A stretch of 62,000 nt of DNA from Chiloscyllium plagiosum (GCF_004010195.1 NC_057718.1:35606235-35668234), one strand, 5' to 3'. Shown: positions 1 through 13,410, counted from the first letter of the stretch. Program-made: numbers and translations. The notes: generated from the letters alone by a model not told the origin.

Positions 1-274
1 TTAAGACCATAAGACATAGGAGCGGATGTCAGGCCATTCGGCCCATCGAGTCCACTCCGCCATTCAATCATGGCTGATGGGCATTTCAACTCCACTTACC
101 TTCTTCAAGGCAGAAATTGATAAATACTTGATGTCACAAGGAATTAAGGGCTACGGGGAGAATGCGGGTAAGTGGAGTTGAAATGCTCATCAGCCATGAT
201 TGAATGGCGGAGTGGACTCGATGGGCCGAATGGCCTTACTTCTGCTCCTATGTCTTATGGTCTTATGATCTTAA
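1..274. mobile_element. CR1/HER1-like LINE 3' end (+, 101-274) preceded by an inverted copy of its own last ~100 nt (2-100)
   Basis: 2-100 is the reverse complement of 167-265 with 4 mismatches. The 3' tail (gactcgatgggccgaatggcct...tcttatggtcttatg) matches the CR1 tail at 4560-4625. Confidence 0.85.
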
Positions 275-1034
275 CATTAATATGAGTATTTTCAATCCAA
301 ACTCAAAAACACATAGTTATATATGTTCGTTATACAACTCCCATCATAGAGGGAAATAATCAGAAATAATAACTCTGTCTAATACTACGTTCCTTGACCC
401 AGGTACAATGAAAGTAATAGTATCATCTCAACTGAGGTCAACTAACTCAATGAGCCAAGAACATTTTGATCTGCACGTTTTAGCTATGTTTAACAATATA
501 GCCACTGAATAATTATTCTATTAGTTTCCCTGCAAATGCCCTACTTGAACAAGTGGGCTCTGGAAGTATACTCAGAGATCATGGATTGTGCTGAAACCAA
601 ATTGGGCCTTCTCATTAACTCTTAGCTCAGTTCCCTTCTTAAAGAAACTAATAAGGAAGTTATTAAGAAGCATTCTCCCGAAACAAATTGAATGTTACTG
701 CAGATCAAAGTTAAAATAGAGTGAGAGAAATCAATAAGATAGAGTGGGGATAATTAAAATGAAGAATTCCTTAGAACTAATTATTTGTTAATGTAAGTCA
801 TTTGCATCAGAGTGCATTATAGACATTAATTAATTAGTTAGAATGGTGGCAAAGAATGCTTGTATCAAAGTAACAAGCTTGTTTTAAATGAATAATTAAA
901 GATTAGTATTATTCAATCCATATTTGTCGCATAGCTTTTCACTGTTATTTATTTCCTGTCTCAAAGTATAAGAACTATCGTAAAGATTAAATGATCATAA
1001 ATGTCTTGAAAGGAAAGAGTTGGAATTTTTGCAT

Positions 1035-1690
1035 TTTTTATTTAATTCATTGGAAATGGGCTTCACTATCCAAGCCAATGTTTATTGTTTGTTTCTAATT
1101 GCCCTTGAAGTGGCAGTAGTGAGTCATCTTTTTGATCTACTGCAGAGAATTGAAGGTAGGTACACCACAACGCTGTTACAAAGGGAGTTCTAGGATTTTG
1201 ATCTGTAGGAGTGAAGCAATGGTATTACAGTTCCCAATAAGAATGGTGCGTGGTCTTGGAAGGGAAGTTGCAGGCGGTATTGCTCCCAGGTGTCTGCTGA
1301 CTCTGATTTTCTGAAGGGGGTGGAGATTATGAGCTCGGAAGGTGTTGTCAAAGGAAACTTGGTGAGTTACTGCTGCCATTTTGTAGAAGGTACACATTGA
1401 TGTGACAGTGCTTTGATAATGGATGGAGTGAACTTTGCAAGTGGTAGACAAGGTGCCAACCAAATAGGCTGCTTTGTTCTGGATTGATTCAAGGTTCTTG
1501 AATGTTACTTGAGCTGCATTTATCCAGGTAAGTGAAGCATATTCCATCACACTCCTGACTTCTGTCTTGTAGATGGTAGTTAAGCCTTGGGGAGTTAGCA
1601 AGTAAATTATCAAGTATTGCCTTCGCAGTCGTCTACAGCACAGCAAAAGGCCCTGCGACTGATCAAGTCCACGCCAGTCATAAACAAGAA
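1035..1690 (-). mobile_element. Decayed non-LTR retrotransposon (CR1-group 'family B'), RT C-terminus plus 3' UTR
   Basis: ORF 1176..1694 reads LTTIYKTEVRSVMEYASLTW...LESIQNKAAYLVG, a typical post-RT LINE segment. The same 3' end recurs at 4840, 8365, 21040, 33112 and 44930. Confidence 0.8.
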
Positions 1691-1694
1691 CCAA

Positions 1695-3962
1695 ACTGTT
1701 CTAATCCCATTTTCCAGCACTTGGCCCAGAGCCTTGAATGCCTTGGCATTGAAGGTGCACATCTAAATATTTTTAAAATCTTATGAGAGTTTCTGTATTT
1801 GAGGCACGGAGTATTTTTAACACCCCTGGGTGAAAAGATCTTTCCTTACATCCCCACTCATCTCCCTGTCCCTGACCTTAAATCTATGCCCCCAGCCAAT
1901 GATCCTACCAGCAAGGGGAAAGGTTTCTTCTCATCTTCCCTATTACCCCCCTCATAATTTTACACATCTTAATTATGTCCGCCTGACTCTCTTTTGCTCT
2001 GAGGAAAACAACCCCAATCTATGCAATCTCTCTTCATGACTAAAACTATCATAAAACTATTTACTTACATTCTAGTAAACCTCCTCTGCACCCTCTCCAG
2101 TACAATCACTTCTTTCCTGCAGCCTATACACCTTTTCAAACAGCTCAATCACAACCTCCCTGTTCTAAAACTCTATACCTCAGCTAATAAATGCCTTCTT
2201 AACCACTTTACCTACCCGTCCCACCACCGGTGGGAACCAGTGGACATGTATACAGAGACCATCTGATTTCCGGTGCTTCACAGGGTCCCACCATTTATCA
2301 TGTATTCCCTTGCCTTGCCCACTTATCACACAAATTACATTTGCCACTGATCAGCCCTCTATATCCTCTGACAATCAACTGCTATCCTTCTCACTATCTA
2401 CCACCCCATCAACTTTTGAAACATCTTTGAAACCCTCCTAAATTCATGTATAAATCATTTATATATGCCACAAACAGCAAGGGCCCAGCACTGATCCCTG
2501 CAGAACTCCACTGTACATACTCATCCTGTCACAAAAGCCCCTATCGAACATTACCCTCTCCATCCTGCCACTTGGCCTATTCTGGATCCAATCTTCCAGG
2601 TTTCCTTGGATCCCTTGAGCTTTTACTTTCACTATCAGTTTCCTATGCAGACCTTATCAAAAGCCTTGCTGGAGTTCAAGTGAATTACATCAAATGCATT
2701 GCCCTCAACCAAACACCTGATGACCTCTTTGAAAAAAATCAATCAAGTTCTTCAGACAGGACCTCCCATTAACAAAACCACGCTAGTTGGTCTTGATTAA
2801 TCCCAGACTTCCAAGTGTAAATTCATTCTCTCCCCATCAGAATTGCTTCTAATAGTTTCCCCACTACTAAGGTTAAACTAACTGGCCTCTAGCTTCCTAG
2901 TTTTTCTCTTGCTCCTTCCTTGAATAACGGTACCACATTGGTTATCCTCCAGTCACCTCCTGCAGCCAGCGAGAAATTGAAAATTATTGCCGGTGCCCCT
3001 GTTATTTCCTCCCTTGCCTCACCCAACAGCCAGGGATACATTTCATCTGACCCTGGAGATTTATCTATTTTAAGCCTGCCAGACCACTTAGAACCTCCTC
3101 TCTGCCTGTCCTAATTTCTTCAAATATATCACAGGGTTTCTCCCCAATTTTATATCCATTTTGTCCCTTTCACTATGAACATCTTCACAAAGTATTTACA
3201 TCCTCTGTCTCCATGTACAAGTAACCATTGTGGTTCTTAATGGGCTCCGCAGTTACCCTAATTATCCTTTTATCCTAATGTACTTGTAAAATAATGTCAC
3301 TTATTTTATTAACCGTTCAAGTCCCTTTCTTATTCATGGTGGCACAGTGGTTAGCACTGCTGCCTCACAGCGCCAGAGACCCGGGTTCAATTCTCGCCTC
3401 AGTTGAGTCTGTGTGGAGTTTGCACATTCTCCCCGTGTCTGCGTGGGTTTCCTCCGGGTGCTCCGGTTTCCTCCCACAGTTCAAAAATGTGTAGGTTAGG
3501 TGAATTGGCCATGCTAAATTGCCTGTAGTGTTAGGTGAAGGGGTAAATGTAGGGGAATGGGTCTGGGTGGGTTGCGCTTCGGCGGGTCGGTGTGGACTTG
3601 TTGGGCCGAAGGGCCTATTTCCACACTGTAAGTAATCTAATCTTTGTGAATTCTGTACTCCTTTAGGGCTTCTGCTGTTTTGAGTCCTAGGAAGCTGCTA
3701 TAAGCCTCCCTTTTTCTCTTTATCCAACCCTGTATATTCCTCAATATCCAATTTGCTGGATTTCTTGGTCCCACTTTTTGTCTTTAGTGGAACATGTTAG
3801 CCTCGTACCTTCCTGATTTCCTTCTTGAAAATGTCCCACTGCTCTGATACAGATTTCCTGAAAGTATCATGAGCCAGCTCTCTCCGACCAAATCCGATCT
3901 GTTCTTTTTAAAATCGACCTTCCCCCAGATTAGAACATTGATTCCAGGTCCATCCTTGTCCT
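1695..3962 (-). mobile_element. Decayed CR1/HER1-like LINE ORF2, interrupted by an HE1 SINE at 3335-3643
   Basis: Reverse complement of ~2450-2520 encodes SGVLQGSVLGPLLFVAYINDL (RT motif). Homologous to 57520-58500 and 60303-61030. Confidence 0.85.
3335..3643 (+). mobile_element. HE1-type SINE
   Basis: tRNA-like head (ggtggcacagtggttagcactgctgcctcacagcgccagagacccgggttcaattc, Pol III A/B boxes), conserved core, and HER1-shared tail ending in (aatct)n. Confidence 0.92.
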
Positions 3963-3969
3963 CCTATGA

Positions 3970-4830
3970 AGCAGGTCACTGATGAAGCAACTGCAGGAGG
4001 TTGGAATGAGAATATTACCCTCTAGAATTTCTGCAGAGATGTCCTGGATCTGAGATCATTGACCTCCAATAACCACAACCTCCTTCCTTATTGTGTGCAA
4101 CGTTGGGCCCCATATCTCAGGAAAGATGTACTGGCCCTGGAGTGGATTCAGAAGAGGTTCTTGAGAACTGTCCCAGGAATGAAAAGCTTAACATATGAGG
4201 AAGGTTTGAGGCCTCTGGGTCTATCCACGATGGGGTTTAGAAGGATGAGGGGAGATCTAATTGAAACTTACAGAATACTGAGAGGCCTGGACAGAGAGGA
4301 TGTTGAGATGTTTCCATTGGTAAGAGAGACAAGGACTCAAGGGCACAGCCTTAAAGGGAAGACCTTATAGAATGGAGATAAGGAGAAACTTCTTCAGCCA
4401 GAGAGTGGTGAATCTGTGGAATTCATTGCCCTAGAAGGCTGTGGAGGCCAGGTCATTGAGTATATTTAAGATGGAGATAGATAGGTTCTTGATTGTGAAG
4501 AGGATCAAGGATCATGGAGAGAAAGCAGGAGAATGGGGTTGAGAAACGTATCAGCCATGATTGAATGGCGGAGCAGACTCGATGGGCTAAATGGCCTAAT
4601 TTCTGTTCCTATATCTTGTGGTCTTTCTACGTCTGACTCCAAACATGGAGAGCTTATCCCAGACGTTTGCTGACTTCAGCTTTGCTGGGACTCCTACATA
4701 CCATACTTGCTCAAATATGATCTTGACATCAAGGGGAAACACTCACACTGCAGTCTGGAGATCAGTACTTTTCCCCATGGTTAAACCAAGGCTGCAATGA
4801 GGTCAAGAGCTGAATGGTTCTGGTCGAATG
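3970..4830 (-). mobile_element. Family B LINE fragment split by the CR1 insertion at 4089-4625
   Basis: 3970-4088 resembles 34200-34260 and the sequence resumes at ~4625. Confidence 0.6.
4089..4625 (+). mobile_element. 5'-truncated CR1/HER1-like LINE 3' end
   Basis: Encodes YCVQRWAPYLRKDVLALEWIQKRF...RRMRGDLIETYRILRGLD (CR1 ORF2 C-terminus), followed by the CR1 tail. Confidence 0.9.
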
Positions 4831-5697
4831 GTGTGTTTCTTTTTTATTCACTCTTGGGATGTGGGCATTATCAGCTGGGTCAGCATTTATTGCCCATCCT
4901 TAGTTGTCCTTGAGAAGGTGGTGGTGAGTTGCCTTCTTGAACTGCTGCAGTCCATGTACTTGGTTATTCTAATTAGACTTTGATGGATTTAATTAATAAC
5001 TAGTTTATTACATATTAAGTTAAATACATTTTTCAGAAGTATGACTAACTGCTGAAGTCATGCTGATTTTCACTGTGTCTGTCACAATTAATATCTTTCA
5101 TCACCACTTTCGGCGACTTGTACTTTTGCAGACATTAACTCTTTAAAACCCTTAGCCTACAGTGGACCCCAAACTGAGCATGTGTAAGCTGCTTAATGGT
5201 GAACAGGTGCCACTTGGTAGGACTGTAAATGACCCCTCAATCAGTTGTCAGGTTTATTTGACTTTGCAAATTCTCTCCCCTCTGGCTTTTCTACTCCTTA
5301 GCAAAATCTAGGCTGGAATATAGCTTGGTGTTCTCTTTACCCAGTACTGATAGAGGGTTGCAACTCTTATTTACTTAGTTATTTTTGCAAAAGAAAATTC
5401 TGTTGCTTTTACATCGTTTTGCCACTCATGGAAAATAATTCAAATTCTGTCTTATTATCCCTTTTCATTTCCACAGCAGCAGGAAATGGAATGTGCATGG
5501 TCATTTTGCCTCACCCAATAATTCAAATATGCAGACTGCTTTTTTCTTCCTCCCTGTTCCTATCTTGCTCTTTCTTTCAGTGGCTGCTTCTGTTACAGGC
5601 CTGAAAATCTGCACATTTGCAATGACACCAGTCTGACACCATGTTTCAGGTGACGTATGTTTAATGGCTCCCACAGACTACACACAAAGGCACTTAC

Positions 5698-5793
5698 AGC
5701 TGAGGTAGAGGTCACATGATGATGGCAAGCCAGCCATGATGCTGAGGCCACAATTGTATTTCACCAAACAGTTATGTTGTTGCGTATGTGGCA
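5698..5793 (-). CDS. Candidate internal exon, 96 nt, phase 1-1: (x)PHTQQHNCLVKYNCGLSIMAGLPSSCDLYLS
   Basis: Acceptor ttctatctttctttaacag, donor CT|gtaagt, only one open frame, unique sequence. Product not recognised. Confidence 0.45.
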
Positions 5794-5854
5794 CTGTTAA
5801 AGAAAGATAGAACTCAAGATTATTAACAATTTTCATTTACATAACATTGTTGAT

Positions 5855-6112
5855 ATTCTTAGAACATCCCAAAGTACTTCAATTATTTTGATATATATTC
5901 CTTTTATCAGTGTGTGTAGCAGCCAATTTACACACAACTTGAGCAAAAAAAAAGCAATGATACAAAAACTAATTAATCTGATTTTAGTGTTCAGGTTTAA
6001 ATAGTGGACATGGTTGACAAACGCAGCTCCGTACTTTGCTTTGAAAGCATAATATTTCAATAAATTATATCGACTTCAATAGGCAGATAAAATGCATTGA
6101 ATCATCCTGAAT
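5855..6112 (-). mobile_element. Highly decayed DeuSINE/SacSINE-like SINE
   Basis: Patchy similarity to the reverse complement of 45990-46075/47150-47240 (gcagccaatttacacaca, catcccaaagtacttc). Confidence 0.45.
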
Positions 6113-6395
6113 ATGAGACCAGCACTGGGATTCTTGTGATGCAGTGGTTATGACCCCATCTCTGAAACAGGAGGCCTGGGTTCAAGTCTCATCTGTTCCA
6201 ATGGTGTGTAATAACATCTCTAAACAGATTGATTTGAAAATATCTATGAGGCCAGCACTGGAATTCTTGTGGCACAGCAGCAGTGTCCTAATCTCTGGGC
6301 CAGGAGACCAGAACTCAAGTTTCATCTGCTCTAGAGGTGCATAATAACATCTACGAGAATATCTGGGGAAAAAAAAATCTATGAAACCAGCACTG
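6113..6395 (+). mobile_element. Two tandem short tRNA-derived SINEs separated and flanked by a 15-bp repeat
   Basis: atgaRRccagcactg at 6113, 6246 and 6381. Each ~118-bp unit has an A-box-like head and a ggttcaagtc B-box-like motif. The same head occurs at ~34264. Confidence 0.65.
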
Positions 6396-8364
6396 TTCAA
6401 GTACAAGTTCTTATTGTCCTTTAGACATGAAGCATTACGGTTACAAATGTTAATATGCAATAAAAGAGTAAAGGGTTGCAAAGGACTAAAATATACTGAG
6501 TAAGAAGAGATAGTCAGTGACTTCATGGTATTGAATAGGCATCAGCCATTGGAAAGGATTATCATAACTTTTGCCACTTGCTATGTATAATTTACTAATC
6601 TTTGAAATGGTCAAATCTGAATTTCTGATTCATGATTCTAAAAGGCAAGGTTGCCCAACTATAGTGCAAAATCAGCATTATAGACAACCAAGTGTTACAC
6701 AGCAAATATGCTAAGCACGTAGAATCCATATGCGGGTATAATTCTGCGACTAGATTGATGCGTACACATTGCACTTGACTAAAATCAATAACATCTTTAA
6801 TTTCAAACAGTCCATGCTGGAGCCAATAATTCTCTCGAGTAAGGCAGTGCCTGAGGTAGCAGCCTTGCACATGCTCTTACTCAACATTAGCTTCGATCAA
6901 ATGCATACATAAAACAGATGGTGAAATTAATTCAAATGTAACAGCTGTCAGCAACCTGGATTTACATGCACTGCAATTGGAAAAAGAAAGTTTCAAAATA
7001 TTGTTTGGCTTTGAATACAGGCATGTGTAAGATGTATTGGAAATTGCATTTATGATTTTTCAAAACTCGTTCAAAATTAGACCGCTTTATTTTTGAAGGA
7101 TATACCTAACACATTCTATGCTGAAATTGAGAGTTTAATGGACAGAATTCCTGTAATTTCAAGTCCCTTAATGGCATGTAGTGTTTTTGAAAATTACTTG
7201 GAACCAGATAGTCACAATTTAATGTCCCAGTTTGACACTGATGTGGGTGGAGCAATAGTGGTGGTATCTGCTGCAGCAAGAGAAATAAGGACTGGCATTC
7301 TCTCGGGATTCCATCTCCCACAATATAAAATATCACTTTTCTGAAAAAGCCATCACCATAATGAACTATTTATATCCAAAACACTAATTGTTTTTGTCTT
7401 TTCAAATATGTGCCGTGTAATCAAGCATTTGCTGATATTATTGATTTTACAAATTGAAAGTTTTTACAATAATATCCACAATATTGGATTTGTAAATCTT
7501 AGCCCGAAGATTGCAGTTGACATGATGATGGAACTGTCAGCATTTTTCAGTGAAACAGACAGGAATCTCTGGGATCTGCGTGCATGTAGATAAACTTAGA
7601 AATCCAGACGTTACTGTCACTCATTATCTACTCCACAGCAAGATGCACAATTGAAATCAGATAGCAATTTTTAGAAATCCCTAAACTAATGAGAACTTCC
7701 CCTTTAACATTGTGATATTGCTGTGAACAACTGGAAAATGTTTTTGCTTTCTTAATGAGATATAACAGGATTTTTAATGAAGTTTTAAGTCATAATTATT
7801 CTGGAGTAACCTCTCTGACGCTAGAATGCTTTTTTTGACTCTAATATCAAGTAGTCCCATTATGATAAAAATCCAAATTTCTTAAATGTGATAGGAGACT
7901 TTTTGAAATTTATGATAGTTCTGATTGTAATGTGCGCCAATCTTTATGCCAATCTTTAATTTCCTCAGTAGAATGTAGAAAGTGTGAAGGATGAAGGTAC
8001 ATTTTATTTCTGCTGTCTCTAAAGTTTCTCTATGGTGGTTTACTCTCCTTAATAAATAAATGTTGCTGAATGTTTAGAGGTCCCCTCAATTTTCTGTAAG
8101 ATTCATATTAATGTTAGAAAGGTGAATTCCACAATACAAAGATTGCTTTTGTGGGCAGCTTTCTTTGAGGTCATTCTATTACAAAATTTAAGTGATTATG
8201 TTGTTAGCTTTAAAGATGACGATTACATAAAACCGCAAAGCAGTTGCTTAGATAAATAAATTTAAGGAATATTATGTAGTTTTATCGTTTGAAGGCTCTG
8301 GCCTAGGTATTTGTGTGAGTGGCCATGCACAGGAACTCATCTCTGCTCATTTATGATAAGAACC

Positions 8365-8530
8365 ATCGTACCTGGCATTCCCTTACTAATGGCATTGTGG
8401 GTCTACCTACAGCACATGGATGGCTACGGTTCAGGAAGACAGCTCACCACTATCTTCAAGTACAACTAGGCATGAGCAATAAATGCTGGCCCAGCCTATG
8501 ATGCCCATGTCCCATGAAGAATTTTTAAAA
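8365..8530 (+). mobile_element. Family B LINE 3' terminus
   Basis: gcagctcaccac...caactagg...gcaataaatgctggcc tail shared with 21350-21450 and 45200-45330. Confidence 0.7.
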
Positions 8531-9051
8531 ACCTGATGTTGGATGACAGAGCTCATTGGCAATGAGCTGCGAAAAGTGACAGGCAGCTTTTAGGAGAAAT
8601 GCAACTGAAGCTTGCCCATAGGCAAGTGAAGAATACGGGATAATTGGAAAGCTTTCCAGATCCACATTCATGTCAACATGTGTTAAACATTTACTTTGGT
8701 GGCAGCTCCTACCTTGACTCTCCTAATGCTCTCTAGTAAAGCCTCAGAATCCAATAGATTCTTTGAATCAACCTTCAGAATTCATATTAAAATAGCTCAA
8801 AAAAATCTGTCACACAACTAAAACATGTTAAGAAGAAATTTCCATTATGTACTTGAGAAAAATGCAGTGTTGTGGAGATAATCGGGGAATTAAACTCCTT
8901 GGATAGCTCTTTTCATTAAATAAAGTCGTGCAGGCATAATGGGCTGAATGACCTTTGTCTGTACTGTAACAATTCTCTGACAGTTTTCAGCCAGAATAGG
9001 TGTGATGAACCAAATGGCCTCCTTCTGTGCTGTTGGACTGTATAATGGGCC

Positions 9052-9175
9052 CTTCTGAAGAGGATTGAACTCAAAACATTAACCGTTTCTCTCTCCACAG
9101 GTGCTGCCAGACATGCTGAGTTTCTTCACAACTTACCGTTTTTATTTCAGATCTCCAGCTTCCACCATATTTTGC
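9052..9175 (+). mobile_element. PLE terminal fragment with decayed hammerhead core
   Basis: ctgaaga...actc-aaaac followed by gctgccagacatgctgagtttc; similar to the reverse complement of 38345-38450. Confidence 0.65.
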
Positions 9176-9394
9176 TTCTATTTAATTGCATGGTCTATAA
9201 ATTGAGCCATACAGTGCTCACTTTTCAAGCACTAATGGCCTATTGTAGCCCCCAGATGGAAAGCAGGAGTACGATACGCACATGTTGGGAAGGGACAAAC
9301 AAGAGACATCTTTTTAAGCTGGGCCTGAAGCCTGTGACAGATGTGATAGCACCTTCTTGTGACCATTTGTATATATTTGTATATCTACCAGAAT

Positions 9395-9510
9395 AGGAGA
9401 AAGTGAGGACTGCAGATGCTGGAGAGTCAGAGTCGAGAGTGTGGTGCTGGAAAAGCACAGCAGGTCAGGCAACATCCGAGGAGCAGGAGATTCGATCTTT
9501 CAGGCATAAT
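9395..9510 (-). mobile_element. PLE terminal fragment
   Basis: Near-identical to 16530-16600 and to the reverse complement of 47770-47867. Confidence 0.8.
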
Positions 9511-9589
9511 AAACTGGATAAGCTGTGTTGATTCTCCTGTGCATATATTGTTTTTAATCTGTCCCTGCAATAGTCACTCTTTCAGCAAT

Positions 9590-10185
9590 TAGATGGAATT
9601 CTGGATGCAAAGTAGTTAGAATATTTTTCACTCTATTGTTGTTCTGGATGTTCCAGATAATCAATCAGACAACTGGAGAGAGGAAAAGGCTTAAAATCCT
9701 GACCAAAGTAGGCTCAGAAGTAAATGAAACCCTCAAGAATCTGCTTGCTTCTGCTAAACCAATGGACCAACCTGTTCCAGTGCCCTAAACTCTAATGGGG
9801 AGAAGGGAGTAAGAGCTGGCTGGAGACAGAGAACACTGTTCTACAAGTTGGAGGGAGTAATTGGGCTACTCTCATGGTGGTAGTTCCAAAACAAATGGTG
9901 GTTGAGATGATGTAGGGAATATGAAGTAAATGAAAATCAGGTACCAATATGTAATGCACCAACTATTTGGAAAACATTGACAATCTATTCACTGTTCATG
10001 TGAGGAGGCCAGATTGTTTCAAAATAGATCCGACAAATGTCAATCTGCAACTTGAATTAATGAATGAGTCAAAGTTGTATTTGACTGTTAGTACCCACAT
10101 GTTTCTAGTTCCGTTTCAAAAGCTGCCATTTGGTGCTTCATCAGGCACTGGAATCTTTCAAAGGGTAATGGCCAAAACACATTGA
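9590..10185 (+). mobile_element. Heavily deleted Ty3/Gypsy internal region (gag start and RT fragment)
   Basis: SNWATLMVVVPK, then ENIDNLF...FKID...LQLELMNESKLYLTVSTH...KLPFGASSGTGIFQRVM, match Gypsy RT motifs. LKNLLASAKP near 9735 is gag-like. Confidence 0.8.
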
Positions 10186-12089
10186 AGTCCTTGCATAAGT
10201 TCTGAAAATTTGAGTTCAGAAAGGAGTCAACCACAAAAGGGAAAAAAAAGTCAGTGATTAAGTTACATCTGTAAATAAATGAAAACAAAAGGGTTTGTAA
10301 GTTCAAATTTTGAACATTTTGTAGGTGGGAGGAGTGTGCTAGCATACAAAACTAAGGTCCCAAACTCTGCCTGAGGTTCACGCTTCAGTGTTAATTTGCA
10401 TTGAGTTAATTTGCATCATATACTCAGAGAAACCAACCCTATGGAACAGCCCAACAGAGAAAATAAATACCTTGCCTGAATATAGAGTTCTAAGGAACTG
10501 CTCCAAACCCTAATGTTGTGCTGATCTCCAATCCTTCCCCATTCATCCCCCTCCTGCATTGCCCTCCACTCAACTCCTCACATTCCCAGCCATATGTATC
10601 AAGCTGTTGTGGCACCAGCATCATCCTCACTTCTCATCATTGTGAAAAATTACTCTCAGCCAGTCTGACAGACTTTGTGCCATCACAATATCAATTAGTC
10701 TGAGACCAAATATCTTGAAAGTCTTTGAATTGCTCCTCACTATTCTGGCATGCCTTTAATTGCCAGTGGGAGCTCCAGAATTCCTGGTCAATTAATCTAG
10801 TGGAACATCACCAAAGTATGCGGGTAATGTGTCTTCTAATCAAACAATCTACAGGAAACTTGGAGGTAAATGCTATTAGTTCATTATTTTGACTAATCTA
10901 TAAATACAGAAGCAATATCTGGGCACAATATTGACAGCAATGTGAAAGATATTGAAAAAAAATGACGTGAATACATTAATCAACTAAACATTTTGAATGG
11001 TAAAAATGATTGAAAACATAGTTGGAACTGCTGATGGTGTTCATTTAAAGAACACTGTGGCTGTATAAAGTAAGCGGTTTAAATTTAAAGAAAGGCACTT
11101 AAATCTGGAATATTGCTTAATTTTATGAGCATCCCCTTGCAGGACAATATCTCACATGCTGAGAGCTCACTTTCAGAACATCAATATAGTTTTAGTTCTG
11201 CTGCTCTGTACACAGTTCATTTAGGTGAAAATAAGCTTGAAAAACAAAACTACAAGTGGGCAAAATCGCTCTACCTAGGCCTCCCAATCACCACACACAG
11301 GCTGTGTCAAATAACTTTTGAAATGATTCTGGAGAAAGAAGAAGTCTGTCAGAGAAGGAGAAATATAGTCTGAGATTGTTATGTATTGTAAAGGATTTGT
11401 GCTGCCAATAATGGCAGATGGGCAAAGGGGGAACAAACACTGTTGGGGAGAGCAACCAGTTCCGATCAAACAAAAGCAGTGGATGTGGATGGATAAGTAT
11501 GCAGCAGTTTTGTTGATGACTCAGAATCACAAGCCGCAATTCACTTGAATGTAATGGGACACTTAAGTCCATTTTATAGAAGAAACAGACTGTCAGAAGT
11601 CAAAAAGGTGGCACAAACACAGCACATCAAATAGGTTTTAAAGAGACTTTTAAGAATGAATTGGGAAACAACAAGTTGCAGAGGTTTCAGAATGGAATTC
11701 CAAAGAAAAGAAATTAATAATTAAAAAGTTAACATTTTCTTCATTCTCCAAGTCATTCCTTGGCAACCAGTTCAAAAACAAAACCTTGAAGGTGTAATTT
11801 CATATACGTCAAAATAAATATTTATGATGCCCTACCTTTCACACCAGGACTCTAACAAATTACAATAGGCTTGCTCTCAAACATGGTACATCAGTTACAA
11901 ATGGACTACATTACTTAACAATGAGAGGTATAGGTCCAAAGTGGACTGAAAAGAAAGAATGGCATCTGAAATTCACTATTAATATGCAAAATCACCCATC
12001 AATTTACATCAAGACACAGAAACTCCACAAATTACAAGTCACCATAGTTACTGTCCAATTGGTGCCACTCCACCATTAGCTTTGAGAAA

Positions 12090-13410
12090 TCACAATTTCA
12101 GCATTAACTTCCACTGATTTTCAGAGGACAAGAGAGGATAAAAGGGACTGCTGTATTCATTACATTGGACTGGTGTTCCAATGATTCGTGTAATGCCCAT
12201 ACACCACCATCTTCCCTCAGTATGTCTGTCTGACTGGTAGGAAGGATCCAGCAGTGCTGGCAGTGCAGTGGTAGACAGATAGTCAAGATGGAGTTTCCTT
12301 CAGAGCATTCGACATTGACTCCTCACCCTCTGAAGTCTCATGGCATCAGGTTAAACATGGAGCGAGGAAATTTCCTGCTAATTATCATGTCCTACTCACC
12401 ACCTCTACAACTGATTAATCAACACTCGCTCATGTTGATCAGCATTTGGAGAAAGCATTGAGGCTGGCAAAAGCACAGGATATACTCTGGGGTCTTCAAT
12501 GTCCACCACTAAGTGTGGTTTGGCAGCACTACCACTGACCAAGCTGGTTGACTCCTAAAGAACGTTACTGCTGGACTGAGTCTGTGGCAAGTGTTGAAGG
12601 AATGAGTAAGAGAGAGAAAAAAAAAGACCTCTTCTTTGCTAATCTGCATGCTGCAGAGGCACCTGTCCATAACATTATCAGTAAGATTGACCACCACATA
12701 GTACTTGTGGAAGTCTCTCCTTCACATTAGAATATCCTACATCATGTTGTGTGGCATTACCACAGTGCTAAATGGGATAGACCTTAAACAGATCTACTAA
12801 CTCAATACTGGACATCCATGAGCCACCATGGGCCATTAGCAGTGACAGAATTGAATTCCAGCACAATCTGCAAACGCATGGCTCAGCATATGCCCCACTC
12901 TTCGATTATCATTCAGCTAGGAGATCAATCCTGGGTCAATGGAGAGTGCAGGAGGGCATGCCAGGAGCAGCACCATGCATTATCTAAAAATAAGGTGTCT
13001 AAACAGTCTACTTGCAAGCTAAAGTGGTAAACAGATTCCAACAAAGGATTCCACAACCAACATTTCAGATTTAAGCTCTGCAACTCTTCCCATCTGTTGT
13101 CAATGGCAGTGGACAGTGAAACAATTCACTGGCTCAACAAATATCCTTCACCCATAATAACAGGGAGTCCAGCACATCAGTGCAAAAGAAAACGCTGAAG
13201 CATTTGCAACAATCTTCAGCAGAAGTACCAATTACATGATCCATCTCAGTCTCTCCATATGTCCCTGAATGACAGAGGTTGGTCTTCAGCCAATTTGATT
13301 CATTCAATGTAATATTAAAAAATGGCTGTAGGCACTGGATACTGCAAAAACTCTGCAAACTGACAACATTCCAGCAATAGTACTGAACACATGTGCTCTA
13401 GAACTTACTG
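12090..13410 (+). mobile_element. Family B LINE, endonuclease/linker region
   Basis: Homologous in opposite orientation to 36790-38300. Contains a remnant APE motif (ggggtcttcaatgtccaccac, G.FNVHH). Many stops. Confidence 0.75.

Noticed and set aside
3335..3410. tRNA-like sequences at HE1 heads as tRNA genes
   Set aside because: They continue into the SINE core and LINE-derived tail, and there is no complete cloverleaf.
5581..5649. Plus-strand exon candidate GCFCYRPENLHICNDTSLTPCF after a strong pyrimidine tract
   Set aside because: Weak donor (gtgacg) and no convincing partner exons on the plus strand. Not excluded, but unsupported.
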